A stretch of DNA of 64,000 nucleotides from the NCBI RefSeq assembly GCF_056746865.1, contig NZ_CM163382.1. One strand, given 5' to 3'. The notes beneath the pieces were generated by a model, which did not search any database, was not told where the DNA came from, and worked only from the letters and a program-made list of their open reading frames with translations. Shown in pieces: positions 10,494 through 23,059 of the stretch; the first letter of the stretch is position 1, and the number at the start of each line of letters is the position of its first letter. The translations under genes were made by a program, and so were the position numbers.

Positions 10494-11779
10494 GACAGGG
10501 AAAGATCATCAGAAGTACACTTTTTGTACTAAACAATTCGCATTTTATGTTTAAAAATTGAGATATTCCTCATTACCTGAAGCTGTTTTTTATTGCTTAT
10601 ACATGATCAAATACTCCTTACATAATTAAGGAGAACAAAATGGAACTTAAAAAATTGATGGAGCATATTTCTATTATCCCCGATTACAGACAAGCCTGGA
10701 AAGTGGAACATAAATTATCGGATATTCTACTGTTGACTATTTGTGCCGTTATTTCTGGTGCAGAAGGTTGGGAAGATATAGAGGATTTTGGGGAAACACA
10801 TCTCGATTTTTTGAAGCAATATGGTGATTTTGATAATGGTATTCCTGTTCACGATACCATTGCCAGAGTTGTATCCTGTATCAGTCCTGCAAAATTTCAC
10901 GAGTGCTTTATTAACTGGATGCGTGACTGCCATTCTTCAGATGATAAAGACGTCATTGCAATTGATGGAAAAACGCTCCGACACTCTTATGACAAGAGTC
11001 GCCGCAGGGGAGCGATTCATGTCATTAGTGCGTTCTCAACAATGCACAGCCTGGTCATCGGACAGATCAGGACGGATGAGAAATCTAATGAGATTACAGC
11101 TATCCCTGAACTTATTAACATGCTGGATATTAAAGGAAAAATCATCACAACTGATGCGATGGGTTGCCAGAAAGATATTGCAGAGAAGATACAAAAACAG
11201 GGAGGTGATTATTTATTCGCTGTAAAAGGAAACCAGGGGCGGCTAAATAAAGCCTTCGAGGAAAAATTTCTGCTGAAAGAATTAAATAATCCAGAGCATG
11301 ACAGTTACGCAATTAGTGAAAAGAGTCACGGCAGAGAAGAAATCCGTCTTCACATTGTTTGCGATGTCCCTGATGAACTTATTGATTTCACGTTTGAATG
11401 GAAAGGTCTGAAGAAATTATGCGTGGCAGTCTCCTTTCGGTCAATAATAGCAGAACAAAAGAAAGAGCCCGAAATGACGGTCAGATATTATATCAGTTCT
11501 GCTGATTTAACCGCAGAGAAGTTCGCCACAGCAATCCGAAACCACTGGCACGTGGAGAATAAGCTGCACTGGCGTCTGGACGTGGTAATGAATGAAGACG
11601 ACTGCAAAATAAGAAGAGGAAACGCAGCAGAATTATTTTCAGGGATACGGCACATTGCTATTAATATTTTGACGAATGATAAGGTATTCAAGGCAGGGTT
11701 AAGACGTAAGATGCGAAAAGCAGCCATGGACAGAAACTACCTGGCGTCAGTCCTTGCGGGGAGCGGGCTTTCGTAATCT
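10494..11779 (+). mobile_element. H-repeat (ISAs1-family) element copy 2, intact
   Basis: Left IR acagggaaagatca and right IR tcttgccctg; direct orientation, about 20 bp after copy 1. Confidence 0.75.
10640..11776 (+). CDS. H-repeat-associated ISAs1-family transposase
   Basis: 378-aa [35 protein letters not shown]… uninterrupted. Confidence 0.85.
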   Translation: MELKKLMEHISIIPDYRQAWKVEHKLSDILLLTICAVISGAEGWEDIEDFGETHLDFLKQYGDFDNGIPVHDTIARVVSCISPAKFHECFINWMRDCHSSDDKDVIAIDGKTLRHSYDKSRRRGAIHVISAFSTMHSLVIGQIRTDEKSNEITAIPELINMLDIKGKIITTDAMGCQKDIAEKIQKQGGDYLFAVKGNQGRLNKAFEEKFLLKELNNPEHDSYAISEKSHGREEIRLHIVCDVPDELIDFTFEWKGLKKLCVAVSFRSIIAEQKKEPEMTVRYYISSADLTAEKFATAIRNHWHVENKLHWRLDVVMNEDDCKIRRGNAAELFSGIRHIAINILTNDKVFKAGLRRKMRKAAMDRNYLASVLAGSGLS

Positions 11780-11895
11780 TGCCCTGGTACAGTAAACAAA
11801 CGAAAGTTGTTATTTCAATGGTCAGGGCAAGAGCATGAAGTGTTTACTACACACTATGCTCTTGTCCTGGAGTCAGGTCTTGTTTGGAGGGATAA

Positions 11896-12399
11896 ATGGT
11901 AGATATTGTCGAGGCCGATAAAACGGATATTTATTTCATTCAGGAGAGTGTTTATGGCAAAATCGGGTTGCCAGCTTTTGGTAATACAATAGGACCATCC
12001 GCACAGCAAGTTGTTAAAAAGGTATTCGCTGTCGTTAAAGAACGAGATAAGACACATGCAAAACAGAGATTATTGTTGGAATATAATGGTAACAAACTCT
12101 GGATGAATGCTATTGATGGCAGTGAAGCTATCCTACCAACAGAATTTTCTAAGCGATACGAACTTTCATTATTTAATACTACTAATTTTGGAGAAGATCC
12201 TTTTCCTGATGTTAATTTATATAATAATATGAAATCAAGTTTTTTTGTAAGGTTTGGTGGAACATCCCATCCCGAGGCTTGGGCTATTTATAATGCAAGT
12301 ACGAAAGAGGTTAAATATATAGAAACTGCAAGAGAAATTGATAAAATATTCAGTGATTTTAACTTGAGTGGTACATTGCCAATTCACATTGGTCGATGA
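11896..12399 (+). CDS. Hypothetical protein, AT-rich cargo
   Basis: 167-aa ORF in a low-GC segment between H-repeat elements; no recognisable motif. Confidence 0.35.
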   Translation: MVDIVEADKTDIYFIQESVYGKIGLPAFGNTIGPSAQQVVKKVFAVVKERDKTHAKQRLLLEYNGNKLWMNAIDGSEAILPTEFSKRYELSLFNTTNFGEDPFPDVNLYNNMKSSFFVRFGGTSHPEAWAIYNASTKEVKYIETAREIDKIFSDFNLSGTLPIHIGR

Positions 12400-12465
12400 T
12401 TTTTTAAATTGTGTGATTAAATAATTGAACATTAATGATGATTTATAGCATTATTATTCTATAAC

Positions 12466-12978
12466 ATGAATAAACGGATTGAATGTGTTATGTTAAAAAT
12501 AAGTTTATACGTAATAATATTGTTATTTTCCTTTCAGATTAGTGCAGCCATTACTAGCAAGGAAAGTGAGGTTGTTTCACCATTATTAATGGATGTTAAT
12601 TCTTCACTAACAATGGAAAATATTTCTGAATTATCCACATCATCGGAACCATCGCAACAGGGGGTATTTCCTGTAATATGTACTCGACTTCATCCTGGCT
12701 CCGTAATGAAACGCCAGTTATTAACCGGCTGGGGGCCTGTTTTTATAATTGGTGATGATCCTTTTTCTCTGCGCTGGATGAGTGAACATCTGGAGATCCT
12801 TAAATCGCTAAATGCCCTTGGTTTGGTTGTTAATGTTGAATCAGTAGAACGAATGGAGGTATTACAGCAGCGGGCTGATGGGTTATTGTTATTGCCAGTT
12901 ATCTGCGATAATTTCGTGCAAACTCTGCAATTAAATGCTTATCCGGTATTAATCACAGAGATGGAAATATCACAATGA
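12466..12978 (+). CDS. Hypothetical secreted/membrane protein
   Basis: 170-aa ORF with a hydrophobic N-terminal segment (ISLYVIILLFSFQISAAITS); low GC. Confidence 0.35.
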   Translation: MNKRIECVMLKISLYVIILLFSFQISAAITSKESEVVSPLLMDVNSSLTMENISELSTSSEPSQQGVFPVICTRLHPGSVMKRQLLTGWGPVFIIGDDPFSLRWMSEHLEILKSLNALGLVVNVESVERMEVLQQRADGLLLLPVICDNFVQTLQLNAYPVLITEMEISQ

Positions 12979-12994
12979 TTAATAACATAATTAC

Positions 12995-13215
12995 TGCAAA
13001 TAATATCGTAATTTTGAAAATGGTAATTCTGTTCACGGCACCATAATTAGAGTTATGTCTTGTATCCGTTCAGTATAATTTCACGAATGCTTTATTAACT
13101 GGATGCGAGATTGCCATTCATCAAATGATAAAGACGTCATCGCAATTGATGGAAAAGCGCTTCCACACTCCTATGATAAAAGTGGTCGCAGGGGAGCGGG
13201 CTTTCGTAGTCTTAG
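12995..13215 (+). pseudogene. Internally deleted H-repeat transposase remnant (position equivalent to K-12 yafF)
   Basis: Matches the ENGIPVH…[10 protein letters not shown]…SRRRGA segment, then jumps to the element 3' end (…ggagcgggctttcgtagtct…); junction at a short ggggagcg microhomology. Confidence 0.6.
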
Positions 13216-13249
13216 CCCGACTCTCCCCGGCCCTAAACACAACACCCAC

Positions 13250-14020
13250 TCACCACAACCTAAACTCATCCGCATCCCGCCATGCCGGAAACTTTTCTCT
13301 ATATTCCCGCAATGCCGCCATCGACAGCTCCGCATCAATGCGCGTTGCCTGATGCGCGTCGGCGGTGGCGATAATCTCGCCCTGTGGATTAATCACCCGG
13401 CTGTCACCGCGATAATGGCAGCCGTTGCCATCGCTGCCGACGCGATTGCATCCCGCCACATACGCTTGATTCTCAATCGCGCGGGCCGTCAGCAATGCCT
13501 GCCAGTGCAGAGAGCGCGGAGCCGGCCAGTTGGCGACGTACAGGGCGAGGTCGTAATCGTTGAGATTGCGCGACCACACAGGAAAACGTAAGTCGTAGCA
13601 CACCAGCGGCAAAATACGCCAGCCGCGCCATTCCACAATCACTCGCGCATTGCCCGCTTTATAATGCAGATGCTCATCTGCCATGCGGAACAGATGACGC
13701 TTATCATAAAAATGTACCGTGCCGCCTGGCTCAACCAGCAAAAAGCGGTTAACCGAACCAGACTCCGTTTGTAATGCAACACTGCCTGCAATCAGCGCAT
13801 TGCACTGCTGCGCTTTGGCTGTCATCCAGTTCACTACGTCATCTTGTGCTAGCGACGAAGCTGCCGCTTCCATGGCAAAGCCGCTGGTAAACATCTCCGG
13901 TAGAACGATCACATCGCGTCCGGTAATATCTTCCAGTTGACGATCAAAATGACGCAGGTTGGCAGGACCATCCATCCACACCAGTGGTTGCTGCAAAAGC
14001 GTAATCTTCAAACCAGGCAC
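13250..14020 (-). CDS. yafV: Carbon–nitrogen hydrolase family protein (omega-amidase) YafV
   Basis: ORF 13250..14029; probable GTG start giving [22 protein letters not shown]…, 256 aa, as in K-12 YafV. Confidence 0.85.
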   Translation of the reverse strand: MPGLKITLLQQPLVWMDGPANLRHFDRQLEDITGRDVIVLPEMFTSGFAMEAAASSLAQDDVVNWMTAKAQQCNALIAGSVALQTESGSVNRFLLVEPGGTVHFYDKRHLFRMADEHLHYKAGNARVIVEWRGWRILPLVCYDLRFPVWSRNLNDYDLALYVANWPAPRSLHWQALLTARAIENQAYVAGCNRVGSDGNGCHYRGDSRVINPQGEIIATADAHQATRIDAELSMAALREYREKFPAWRDADEFRLW

Positions 14021-14173
14021 GGTGTACAACTCCTTTATGCGAAGGGTTTTATAACTTTAACACCTTATCAGGCAGTTGCCTTAGCGCAGAATAAATTGAT
14101 AACAAATGCTGATATTGGAAATATCTGATTTGCAAATTATCGTGTTATCGCCAGGCTTTAGGAGGTTAATAAC

Positions 14174-14647
14174 ATGGGCAGGATAAGCTCGGGAGGAATG
14201 ATGTTTAAGGCAATAACGACAGTCGCCGCTCTGGTCATCGCCACCAGTGCAATGGCGCAGGATGATTTAACCATTAGCAGCCTTGCAAAGGGCGAAACCA
14301 CCAAAGCTGCGTTTAATCAGATGGTGCAAGGGCATAAGCTGCCTGCATGGGTGATGAAAGGCGGTACTTATACTCCCGCACAAACCGTAACGTTGGGAGA
14401 TGAGACGTATCAGGTGATGAGCGCGTGCAAACCGCATGACTGTGGCTCGCAACGTATCGCTGTGATGTGGTCCGAGAAATCTAATCAGATGACGGGGCTG
14501 TTCTCGACTATTGATGAGAAAACGTCGCAAGAGAAACTCACCTGGTTGAATGTGAACGATGCGCTTTCGATTGATGGTAAAACGGTGCTGTTCGCGGCGT
14601 TGACCGGCAGCCTGGAAAACCATCCGGATGGTTTTAATTTTAAATAA
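14174..14647 (+). CDS. ivy: Inhibitor of vertebrate lysozyme Ivy
   Basis: 157-aa ORF with signal peptide and the CKPHDCG motif. Confidence 0.9.
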   Translation: MGRISSGGMMFKAITTVAALVIATSAMAQDDLTISSLAKGETTKAAFNQMVQGHKLPAWVMKGGTYTPAQTVTLGDETYQVMSACKPHDCGSQRIAVMWSEKSNQMTGLFSTIDEKTSQEKLTWLNVNDALSIDGKTVLFAALTGSLENHPDGFNFK

Positions 14648-14660
14648 TTAGCGGATAAAG

Positions 14661-14686
14661 AAACGGAGCCTTTCGGCTCCGTTATT
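14661..14686. terminator. Bidirectional terminator between ivy and fadE
   Basis: Hairpin aacggagcc tttc ggctccgtt between convergent genes. Confidence 0.5.
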
Positions 14687-14689
14687 CAA

Positions 14690-17134
14690 TTACGCGGCTT
14701 CAACTTTTCGCACTTTCTCCGGCAACTTTACCGGCTTCGTCGCAAGCTCTTCCGGATCAAAGTCATCGACATTAATACTGCGCAGACGGCTTTCTTCAGC
14801 TTTCACAAGAATAGCGGCTTCATCTTTATCAATCAGCCCCTTCGCCAGCGCGTTATGCGCCAGTTCATCCAGACGGGTAAACGGCAGGTTTTTACCCAGC
14901 TCTTTACAGATCCGCTGATGAATTGGGTCGGCGGCAATCACATCCACCAGCGCCTCTTCCAGTAAACCAACCGGGTTATGCTCGCTCGGGGTCAGGTACT
15001 GACCGCGACCAATACGTGAACGGGTGGCGTTCGGCACTTGTAAAATCTTCGCCACCTTATGATCCAGCTTGTCAGACGGTGCCAGATAATGACGTCCGGT
15101 CGGGAAGATCACCACATTCAGCAGCCCGGCAACCACGCGGTTCGGGAAGTTTTGCAGTAAATCGTCCATCGCCTGCTCTGCCTGATACAGCGCATCCTGT
15201 ACGCCCCAGTGCACCAGCGGCAGGTCGGCTTCATTACGGCCTTCGTCGTCATAACGCTTCAGAACGGCAGAGGCGAGGTAAAGCTGGCTTAAAATATCCC
15301 CCAGACGTGCCGAGATACGCTCGCGACGTTTCAAGCTGCCGCCCAGCACAGCCATCGAGACATCAGAAAGCAGGGCGAGGTTGGCGCTCAGGCGGTTCAG
15401 GTGCTGATAGTAGCGTTTAGTGGCATCGCCGGTTGGCGTGCTGCTGGTTAAACCGCGCGTCAGGCCCAGCCAGAAGCTGCGAACTTTGTTGCTACCGACG
15501 TGACCGATATGTTTGAACAGCAGTTTATCGAACGCGTTTACGTCATTGTTCTTCGCCGCTTCCATCTCTTCCAGCACGTACGGATGGCAACGAATCGCCC
15601 CCTGACCGAAGATCATCATGCTACGGGTCAGAATGTTGGCCCCTTCAACGGTGATGGCAATCGGTGCGCCCTGGTAAGCACGGGCCAGGAAGTTGCTCTG
15701 CCCGAGCATAATGCCTTTGCCACCAGTGATATCCATCGCATCAATAATCGACTGCTGCCCACGGTGGGTACAGTGATACTTAACGATAGCCGACAGCACG
15801 GCAGGTTTTTCACCGAGCATAATGCCGTAGGTAATCAGCGATGCCGCAGCATCCATTACATAAGCGTTTCCGGCAATACGCGCCAGCGGCTCTTCAATCC
15901 CTTCCATCTTACCAATAGAGATTTTGAACTGACGGCGGATGTGCGCATACGCACCCGTTGCCAGCGCTACCGATTTCACGCCGCCGGTTGAGTTGGAAGG
16001 CAGGGTGATACCGCGGCCTACCGAGAGGCACTCCACCAGCATCCGCCAGCCTTGTCCGGCCATTTTCGGCCCGCCGATAATGTAATCGATCGGTACGAAG
16101 ACATCTTTACCGCGCGTCGGTCCGTTCTGGAACGGCACGTTCAGCGGGAAGTGGCGACGACCAATTTCCACGCCCGGCGTGGTGGTCGGGATCAGCGCAC
16201 AGGTAATACCTAAATCTTCTGCGCCACCCAGCAGTTTTTCCGGGTCGGATAGTTTAAACGCCAGACCAAGCACGGTCGCAATCGGTGCGAGCGTAATGTA
16301 ACGTTTGTTCCAGGTCAGACGCATCCCCAGCACCTGCTGGCCCTGCCATTCCCCCATGCAGACAATTCCGGTATCCGGAATCGCGCCCGCATCGGAACCC
16401 GCTTCCGGGCTGGTCAGTGCAAAGCAAGGGATTTCCTGACCACGCGCCAGACGCGGCAGATAGTGATCTTTCTGCTCGTCAGTGCCGTAATGTTGCAGTA
16501 GCTCACCCGGGCCTAATGAGTTTGGCACACCGACGGTAATCGCCAGGATCCCGCTCACGCCGGAGAGTTTTTGCAGCACGCGAGACTGGGCATAAGCCGA
16601 GAACTCCAGCCCGCCGTACTCTTTTTTGATGATCATCGCGAAGAAACGATGCTCTTTAAGGTACGCCCACAACTCCGGCGGCAGATCCGCCAGCTCATGA
16701 GTAATCTGGAAATCATTCGCCATCCGGCAGGCTTCTTCTACCGGGCCGTCGAGAAACGCTTGCTCTTCTGCGGTCAGGCGCGGCTGCGGATAGTTATGCA
16801 GCTTTTTCCAGTCCGGCTTGCCCTGGAACAAGTCGCCCTCCCACCAGGTGGTGCCCGCATCAATCGCTTCTTTCTCAGTGCGCGACATCGGCGGCATTAC
16901 CTTACGGAAACCGCGAAATACCGGCGCGGAAATCATCGACTTACGCATAGGCGCAAAGTTAAATGGCACGAGGATAATGGCCAGAGGCACCAGTACCCAC
17001 GCCGACCACAGACCAGCAACGCCGAGGGCGGCTGTCCAGGCGAGCAAAATCAGACTGCTGATAAATAAGCTCACGCGGTGATAGAACAACGCGCCGAGCA
17101 GGACAACCGTAGCGAGAATACTCAAAATCATCAT
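14690..17134 (-). CDS. fadE: Acyl-CoA dehydrogenase FadE
   Basis: ORF 14690..17212; internal start [17 protein letters not shown]… gives the 814-aa FadE. Confidence 0.9.
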   Translation of the reverse strand: MMILSILATVVLLGALFYHRVSLFISSLILLAWTAALGVAGLWSAWVLVPLAIILVPFNFAPMRKSMISAPVFRGFRKVMPPMSRTEKEAIDAGTTWWEGDLFQGKPDWKKLHNYPQPRLTAEEQAFLDGPVEEACRMANDFQITHELADLPPELWAYLKEHRFFAMIIKKEYGGLEFSAYAQSRVLQKLSGVSGILAITVGVPNSLGPGELLQHYGTDEQKDHYLPRLARGQEIPCFALTSPEAGSDAGAIPDTGIVCMGEWQGQQVLGMRLTWNKRYITLAPIATVLGLAFKLSDPEKLLGGAEDLGITCALIPTTTPGVEIGRRHFPLNVPFQNGPTRGKDVFVPIDYIIGGPKMAGQGWRMLVECLSVGRGITLPSNSTGGVKSVALATGAYAHIRRQFKISIGKMEGIEEPLARIAGNAYVMDAAASLITYGIMLGEKPAVLSAIVKYHCTHRGQQSIIDAMDITGGKGIMLGQSNFLARAYQGAPIAITVEGANILTRSMMIFGQGAIRCHPYVLEEMEAAKNNDVNAFDKLLFKHIGHVGSNKVRSFWLGLTRGLTSSTPTGDATKRYYQHLNRLSANLALLSDVSMAVLGGSLKRRERISARLGDILSQLYLASAVLKRYDDEGRNEADLPLVHWGVQDALYQAEQAMDDLLQNFPNRVVAGLLNVVIFPTGRHYLAPSDKLDHKVAKILQVPNATRSRIGRGQYLTPSEHNPVGLLEEALVDVIAADPIHQRICKELGKNLPFTRLDELAHNALAKGLIDKDEAAILVKAEESRLRSINVDDFDPEELATKPVKLPEKVRKVEAA

Positions 17135-17373
17135 AACGAAAAGCCCCTTACTTGTAGGAGGTCTGACCACTTGTGATGATATGGTTGTAGTGGATGTAAA
17201 AACATTTAGCAATGTGTTTACAATATAATTACAACAAAGCTCACATTGTTGCTGTTTTTATCCGCACTTCAGGTCAAAAAGTCCTGGTCATAGCACCTGC
17301 CCGTACTTCTCGCTTTTGGCGGTATCCGGTACACTGCATTTTGTCTATTACATTTATGCTGAAGGATATCCTC

Positions 17374-17952
17374 ATGTACCAGGATCTTATTCGTAACGAA
17401 CTGAACGAAGCGGCGGAAACGCTGGCTAACTTTTTAAAAGATGACGCCAATATTCACGCCATTCAGCGCGCGGCGGTCCTGTTAGCAGACAGCTTTAAAG
17501 CTGGTGGCAAAGTGCTTTCCTGCGGCAACGGCGGCTCCCATTGCGACGCTATGCACTTTGCCGAAGAGTTGACCGGTCGCTACCGTGAAAACCGTCCGGG
17601 CTACCCGGCGATTGCCATTTCCGACGTTAGTCATATTTCCTGCGTCGGTAACGATTTTGGTTTCAATGATATTTTCTCCCGTTACGTTGAAGCGGTAGGT
17701 CGCGAAGGCGATGTACTGCTGGGGATCTCCACCTCAGGTAACTCTGCAAACGTGATCAAAGCGATCGCGGCGGCGCGTGAGAAGGGGATGAAAGTGATCA
17801 CCCTGACCGGTAAAGACGGCGGTAAAATGGCTGGCACAGCGGATATCGAAATTCGCGTACCGCACTTTGGTTATGCCGACCGCATTCAGGAGATCCACAT
17901 TAAAGTGATCCATATCCTGATCCAGTTAATTGAAAAAGAGATGGTTAAGTAA
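17374..17952 (+). CDS. gmhA: Phosphoheptose isomerase GmhA (LpcA)
   Basis: Start at [17 protein letters not shown]… within ORF 17212..17952, preceded by AAGGA; 192 aa. Confidence 0.9.
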
Positions 17953-17957
17953 GTCTG

Positions 17958-18094
<137 letters not shown>

Positions 18095-18157
18095 CTGAAA
18101 ATACTTAAATCAATCTTCGCCGGGGGCCATGCGCTCCCGCTGTTGTGGAGGTTACCC

Positions 18158-18925
18158 ATGTGCGAATTGCTCGGGATGAGCGCCAACGTCCCTACCGATA
18201 TCTGCTTTAGTTTCACCGGGCTTGTACAGCGTGGTGGTGGAACCGGGCCACATAAAGATGGCTGGGGCATCACCTTTTACGAAGGTAAAGGCTGTCGCAC
18301 ATTTAAAGATCCACAACCCAGCTTTAATTCCCCCATCGCCAAACTTGTCCAGGACTACCCGATAAAATCCTGTTCGGTTGTGGCTCATATTCGGCAGGCC
18401 AATCGGGGCGAGGTGGCGCTGGAAAATACTCACCCGTTTACCCGCGAGTTATGGGGACGCAACTGGACTTATGCCCATAACGGGCAACTGACGGGCTACA
18501 AATCACTGGAAACCGGCAACTTCCGCCCGGTCGGTGAAACCGATAGCGAAAAAGCCTTTTGCTGGCTCCTGCATAAATTAACGCAGCGTTACCCGCGCAC
18601 ACCGGGCAACATGGCGGCAGTGTTTAAATATATCGCCTCACTGGCGGATGAACTGCGGCAGAAGGGCGTTTTCAACATGCTGCTTTCAGACGGGCGCTAT
18701 GTAATGGCGTATTGCTCGACTAATTTACACTGGATCACCCGCCGCGCGCCGTTTGGCGTGGCAACGTTGCTGGATCAGGATGTGGAAATCGACTTCAGCT
18801 CGCAGACCACACCTAATGATGTGGTCACGGTGATTGCGACACAGCCGCTGACGGGCAATGAAACCTGGCAAAAGATTATGCCAGGCGAATGGCGCTTATT
18901 TTGCCTCGGGGAGCGTGTAGTTTGA
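18158..18925 (+). CDS. yafJ: Class II glutamine amidotransferase-like protein YafJ
   Basis: Start [19 protein letters not shown]… (N-terminal Cys nucleophile); 255 aa. Confidence 0.85.
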   Translation: MCELLGMSANVPTDICFSFTGLVQRGGGTGPHKDGWGITFYEGKGCRTFKDPQPSFNSPIAKLVQDYPIKSCSVVAHIRQANRGEVALENTHPFTRELWGRNWTYAHNGQLTGYKSLETGNFRPVGETDSEKAFCWLLHKLTQRYPRTPGNMAAVFKYIASLADELRQKGVFNMLLSDGRYVMAYCSTNLHWITRRAPFGVATLLDQDVEIDFSSQTTPNDVVTVIATQPLTGNETWQKIMPGEWRLFCLGERVV

Positions 18926-19636
18926 TGCCAGCTGTGGTTGCACAACTTCGTGGCTTAACGGCTTGCTGACCACGTAACGGCCATTGACCACAGAAACGGT
19001 CGGTGGCTTACGGGTTTGCTCAAAGTAGTCGTAGCCCGGTTTCAGTTGCTCCCAGAAGTCCTTAAAGTTGGAATACTTATGGCGCTTCATATTAGCGTCG
19101 GTCATACGGAACGGGTAAATACTCACTTGCACGCTCGGCTGACCAAACACCAGCGCACCAGTAACGAACTGGAAGATCTCATCAATACCCTGATTGGTCA
19201 TCGCGTAGCAGCCGATGGAAACACAATCGCCGTGGATCATCAGGTATTTCCCTTCATAACCATGCGCACGGTCATAGGCATTGGGGAATCCAATATTAAT
19301 CGCTTTGTAGTAACGGCTGTCTGGTTTTAACTGATTACGCTGGACGCTATAAAACCCTTCCGGGCTTTTGAAATCGCCCTGACGCTGTTTTGGTCCTAAG
19401 CCGCCGGAATATTTACAGATTTTATAGCTGTCGAGCAGTTGATATTGCTCGCCCATTTTGACGTAGAGATCGAGCGTACGTTCTTCCTTGAAGATCTGGA
19501 TGTAGACAGGGGATCCCATCAACTGCTGCTTATACTCTTTGCTCACTGGCGTGGTCGAGCTACTGCTGCCCAGCAAACCGGCAAACGAAACGCACGGGAT
19601 CAACAACATCGCAAGAATTAATGCGATTTTACGCAT
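18896..19636 (-). CDS. yafK: L,D-transpeptidase-fold periplasmic protein YafK
   Basis: 246-aa ORF with signal peptide [19 protein letters not shown] and YkuD-like content. Confidence 0.85.
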   Translation of the reverse strand: MRKIALILAMLLIPCVSFAGLLGSSSSTTPVSKEYKQQLMGSPVYIQIFKEERTLDLYVKMGEQYQLLDSYKICKYSGGLGPKQRQGDFKSPEGFYSVQRNQLKPDSRYYKAINIGFPNAYDRAHGYEGKYLMIHGDCVSIGCYAMTNQGIDEIFQFVTGALVFGQPSVQVSIYPFRMTDANMKRHKYSNFKDFWEQLKPGYDYFEQTRKPPTVSVVNGRYVVSKPLSHEVVQPQLASNYTLPEAK

Positions 19637-19927
19637 ACTGCTTATTCCTTGATAAAACGGTTACACACGCCAGGACGGCAAAATGGATCCCAAATCGGAA
19701 TAGTCTGGATTTGGAAGGCTCACATTATCACCAAAAGAGTTTTACGCAAGCCTGTCGGCGCAGGGTTTACAAATTTAGCACAGGGGCAGTTTTCATTAGT
19801 CCGAAAAGCGCATGTATCATTTATTTCCTAAGATTATGAAACCTCAATAGTAATATGCAAATAAGCAATTAATAATCCCGTTTACTCCTCCGGTCTTTTA
19901 AAATTCTCCCCTTCATTCAGCCGGTTT

Positions 19928-20686
19928 ATGTCCTTCATGTCTTCGTTCTTTCACGGCAGATTTCTGCATCCAGGCGTGTTTTCGTTATGCGTTTTGCTCC
20001 CTTTACTCGCCAGCGCCACCACATCACATATCTCTTTCAGCTACGCCGCCCGCCAGCGGATGCAAAACCGTGCGCGTTTATTAAAACAGTACCAAACCCA
20101 TCTGAAAAAACAGGCCAGCTATATTGTGGAAGGCAATGCCGAAAGCAGAAAGGCGCTGCGCCAGCACAACCGCGAACAGATAAAACAGCATCCAGAATGG
20201 TTTCCTGCGCCGCTCAAGGCGAGTGACAGACGCTGGCAGGCGCTGGCGGAGAACAACCATTTCTTAAGCAGCGACCATCTGCACAACATCACCGAAGTGG
20301 CGATTCACCGCCTGGAGCAGCAGCTTGGTAAGCCTTACGTCTGGGGCGGCACGCGGCCCGATCAAGGCTTCGACTGTAGCGGGTTGGTTTTTTATGCCTA
20401 CAACAAGATCCTCGAGGCGAAGCTCCCGCGCACGGCCAATGAGATGTATCACTACCATCGGGCAACGATTGTGGCGAATAACGACCTGCGCCGGGGAGAT
20501 TTGCTGTTTTTCCATATTCACAGCCGTGAGATTGCCGATCATATGGGCGTGTATCTGGGAGACGGTCAGTTTATCGAGTCGCCGCGCACCGGGGAAACCA
20601 TTCGGGTAAGTCGGTTAGCTGAACCTTTCTGGCAGGATCATTTTTTAGGCGCGCGCAGGATTTTGACGGAAGAGACGATTTTGTAG
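19928..20686 (+). CDS. yafL: NlpC/P60-family peptidoglycan endopeptidase YafL
   Basis: 252-aa ORF with signal peptide and NlpC/P60 signature (…GFDCSGLVFYAY…H…). Confidence 0.8.
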   Translation: MSFMSSFFHGRFLHPGVFSLCVLLPLLASATTSHISFSYAARQRMQNRARLLKQYQTHLKKQASYIVEGNAESRKALRQHNREQIKQHPEWFPAPLKASDRRWQALAENNHFLSSDHLHNITEVAIHRLEQQLGKPYVWGGTRPDQGFDCSGLVFYAYNKILEAKLPRTANEMYHYHRATIVANNDLRRGDLLFFHIHSREIADHMGVYLGDGQFIESPRTGETIRVSRLAEPFWQDHFLGARRILTEETIL

Positions 20687-20768
20687 GACGGATAAGGCGT
20701 TCACGCCGCATCCGGCAATAGTGCACCGATGCCTGATGCGACGCTGCCGCGTCTTATCATGCCTACGA
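20683..20768. repeat. REP element, overlaps the yafL stop codon
   Basis: gtaggacggataaggcgttcacgccgcatccggca… unit. Confidence 0.65.
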
Positions 20769-20862
20769 GTCTGCGAATTTTTTGCGAGCTGCTTTCCCGA
20801 TATAACACAACTTCATTGTCGACTTTTCCTTTTCTTCTTATCGTTGAGAAAAAGGAGTCGCC

Positions 20863-21360
20863 ATGTCTGAATATCGTCGTTATTACATCAAGGGGGGAAC
20901 ATGGTTTTTCACGGTAAATTTACGGAATCGTCGAAGCCAACTTTTGACCACCCAGTACCAGACACTCCGTAACGCCATTATTAAAGTTAAGCAGGCCAGA
21001 CCTTTTGAAATTAACGCCTGGGTAGTTTTGCCAGAGCATATGCACTGTATCTGGACATTACCCGAAAGTGATGATGATTTTTCCTCTCGCTGGCGGGAGA
21101 TTAAAAAGCAGTTCACCCATGCTTGCGGATTGAAAAATATCTGGCAACCGCGTTTTTGGGAGCATGCCATTCGCAATACAAAAGATTATCGCCATCATGT
21201 TGATTATATTTATATAAATCCAGTGAAACATGGCTGGGTAAAGCAGGTGAGTGATTGGCCATTCTCAACGTTCCATCGCGATGTAGCGCGAGGGTTATAT
21301 CCCATTGATTGGGCGGGAGACATAACGGATTTTAGTGCCGGGGAGCGTATTATTTTATAA
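20863..21360 (+). CDS. rayT: REP-associated tyrosine transposase RayT (YafM)
   Basis: 165-aa ORF MSEYRRYYIKGGTWFFTVNLRNRR…; IS200/IS605-like HuH fold; flanked by REP elements. Confidence 0.85.
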   Translation: MSEYRRYYIKGGTWFFTVNLRNRRSQLLTTQYQTLRNAIIKVKQARPFEINAWVVLPEHMHCIWTLPESDDDFSSRWREIKKQFTHACGLKNIWQPRFWEHAIRNTKDYRHHVDYIYINPVKHGWVKQVSDWPFSTFHRDVARGLYPIDWAGDITDFSAGERIIL

Positions 21361-21363
21361 TTG

Positions 21364-21510
21364 TGCGCGGATGCCTGATGCGACGCAGGCGCGTCTTATC
21401 ATGCCTACAAACTTGTGCCGGATCGGTGGGCCGGATAAGGCGTTCACACCGCATCCGGCAATTGTGCACCGGTGCCTGATGCGACGCTGGCGCGTCTTAT
21501 CATGCCTACA
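21364..21510. repeat. REP/BIME array, left part (interrupted by IS)
   Basis: REP units ending …cgtcttatcatgcctaca immediately before the IS left inverted repeat. Confidence 0.7.
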
Positions 21511-23050
<1,540 letters not shown>

Positions 23051-23059
23051 CAAAGGCCA

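Noticed and set aside
13103-13591. 162-aa plus-strand ORF spanning the H-repeat remnant and the yafV region
   Set aside because: It is a chimera of the H-repeat fragment read into the antisense strand of yafV, with no coherent protein.
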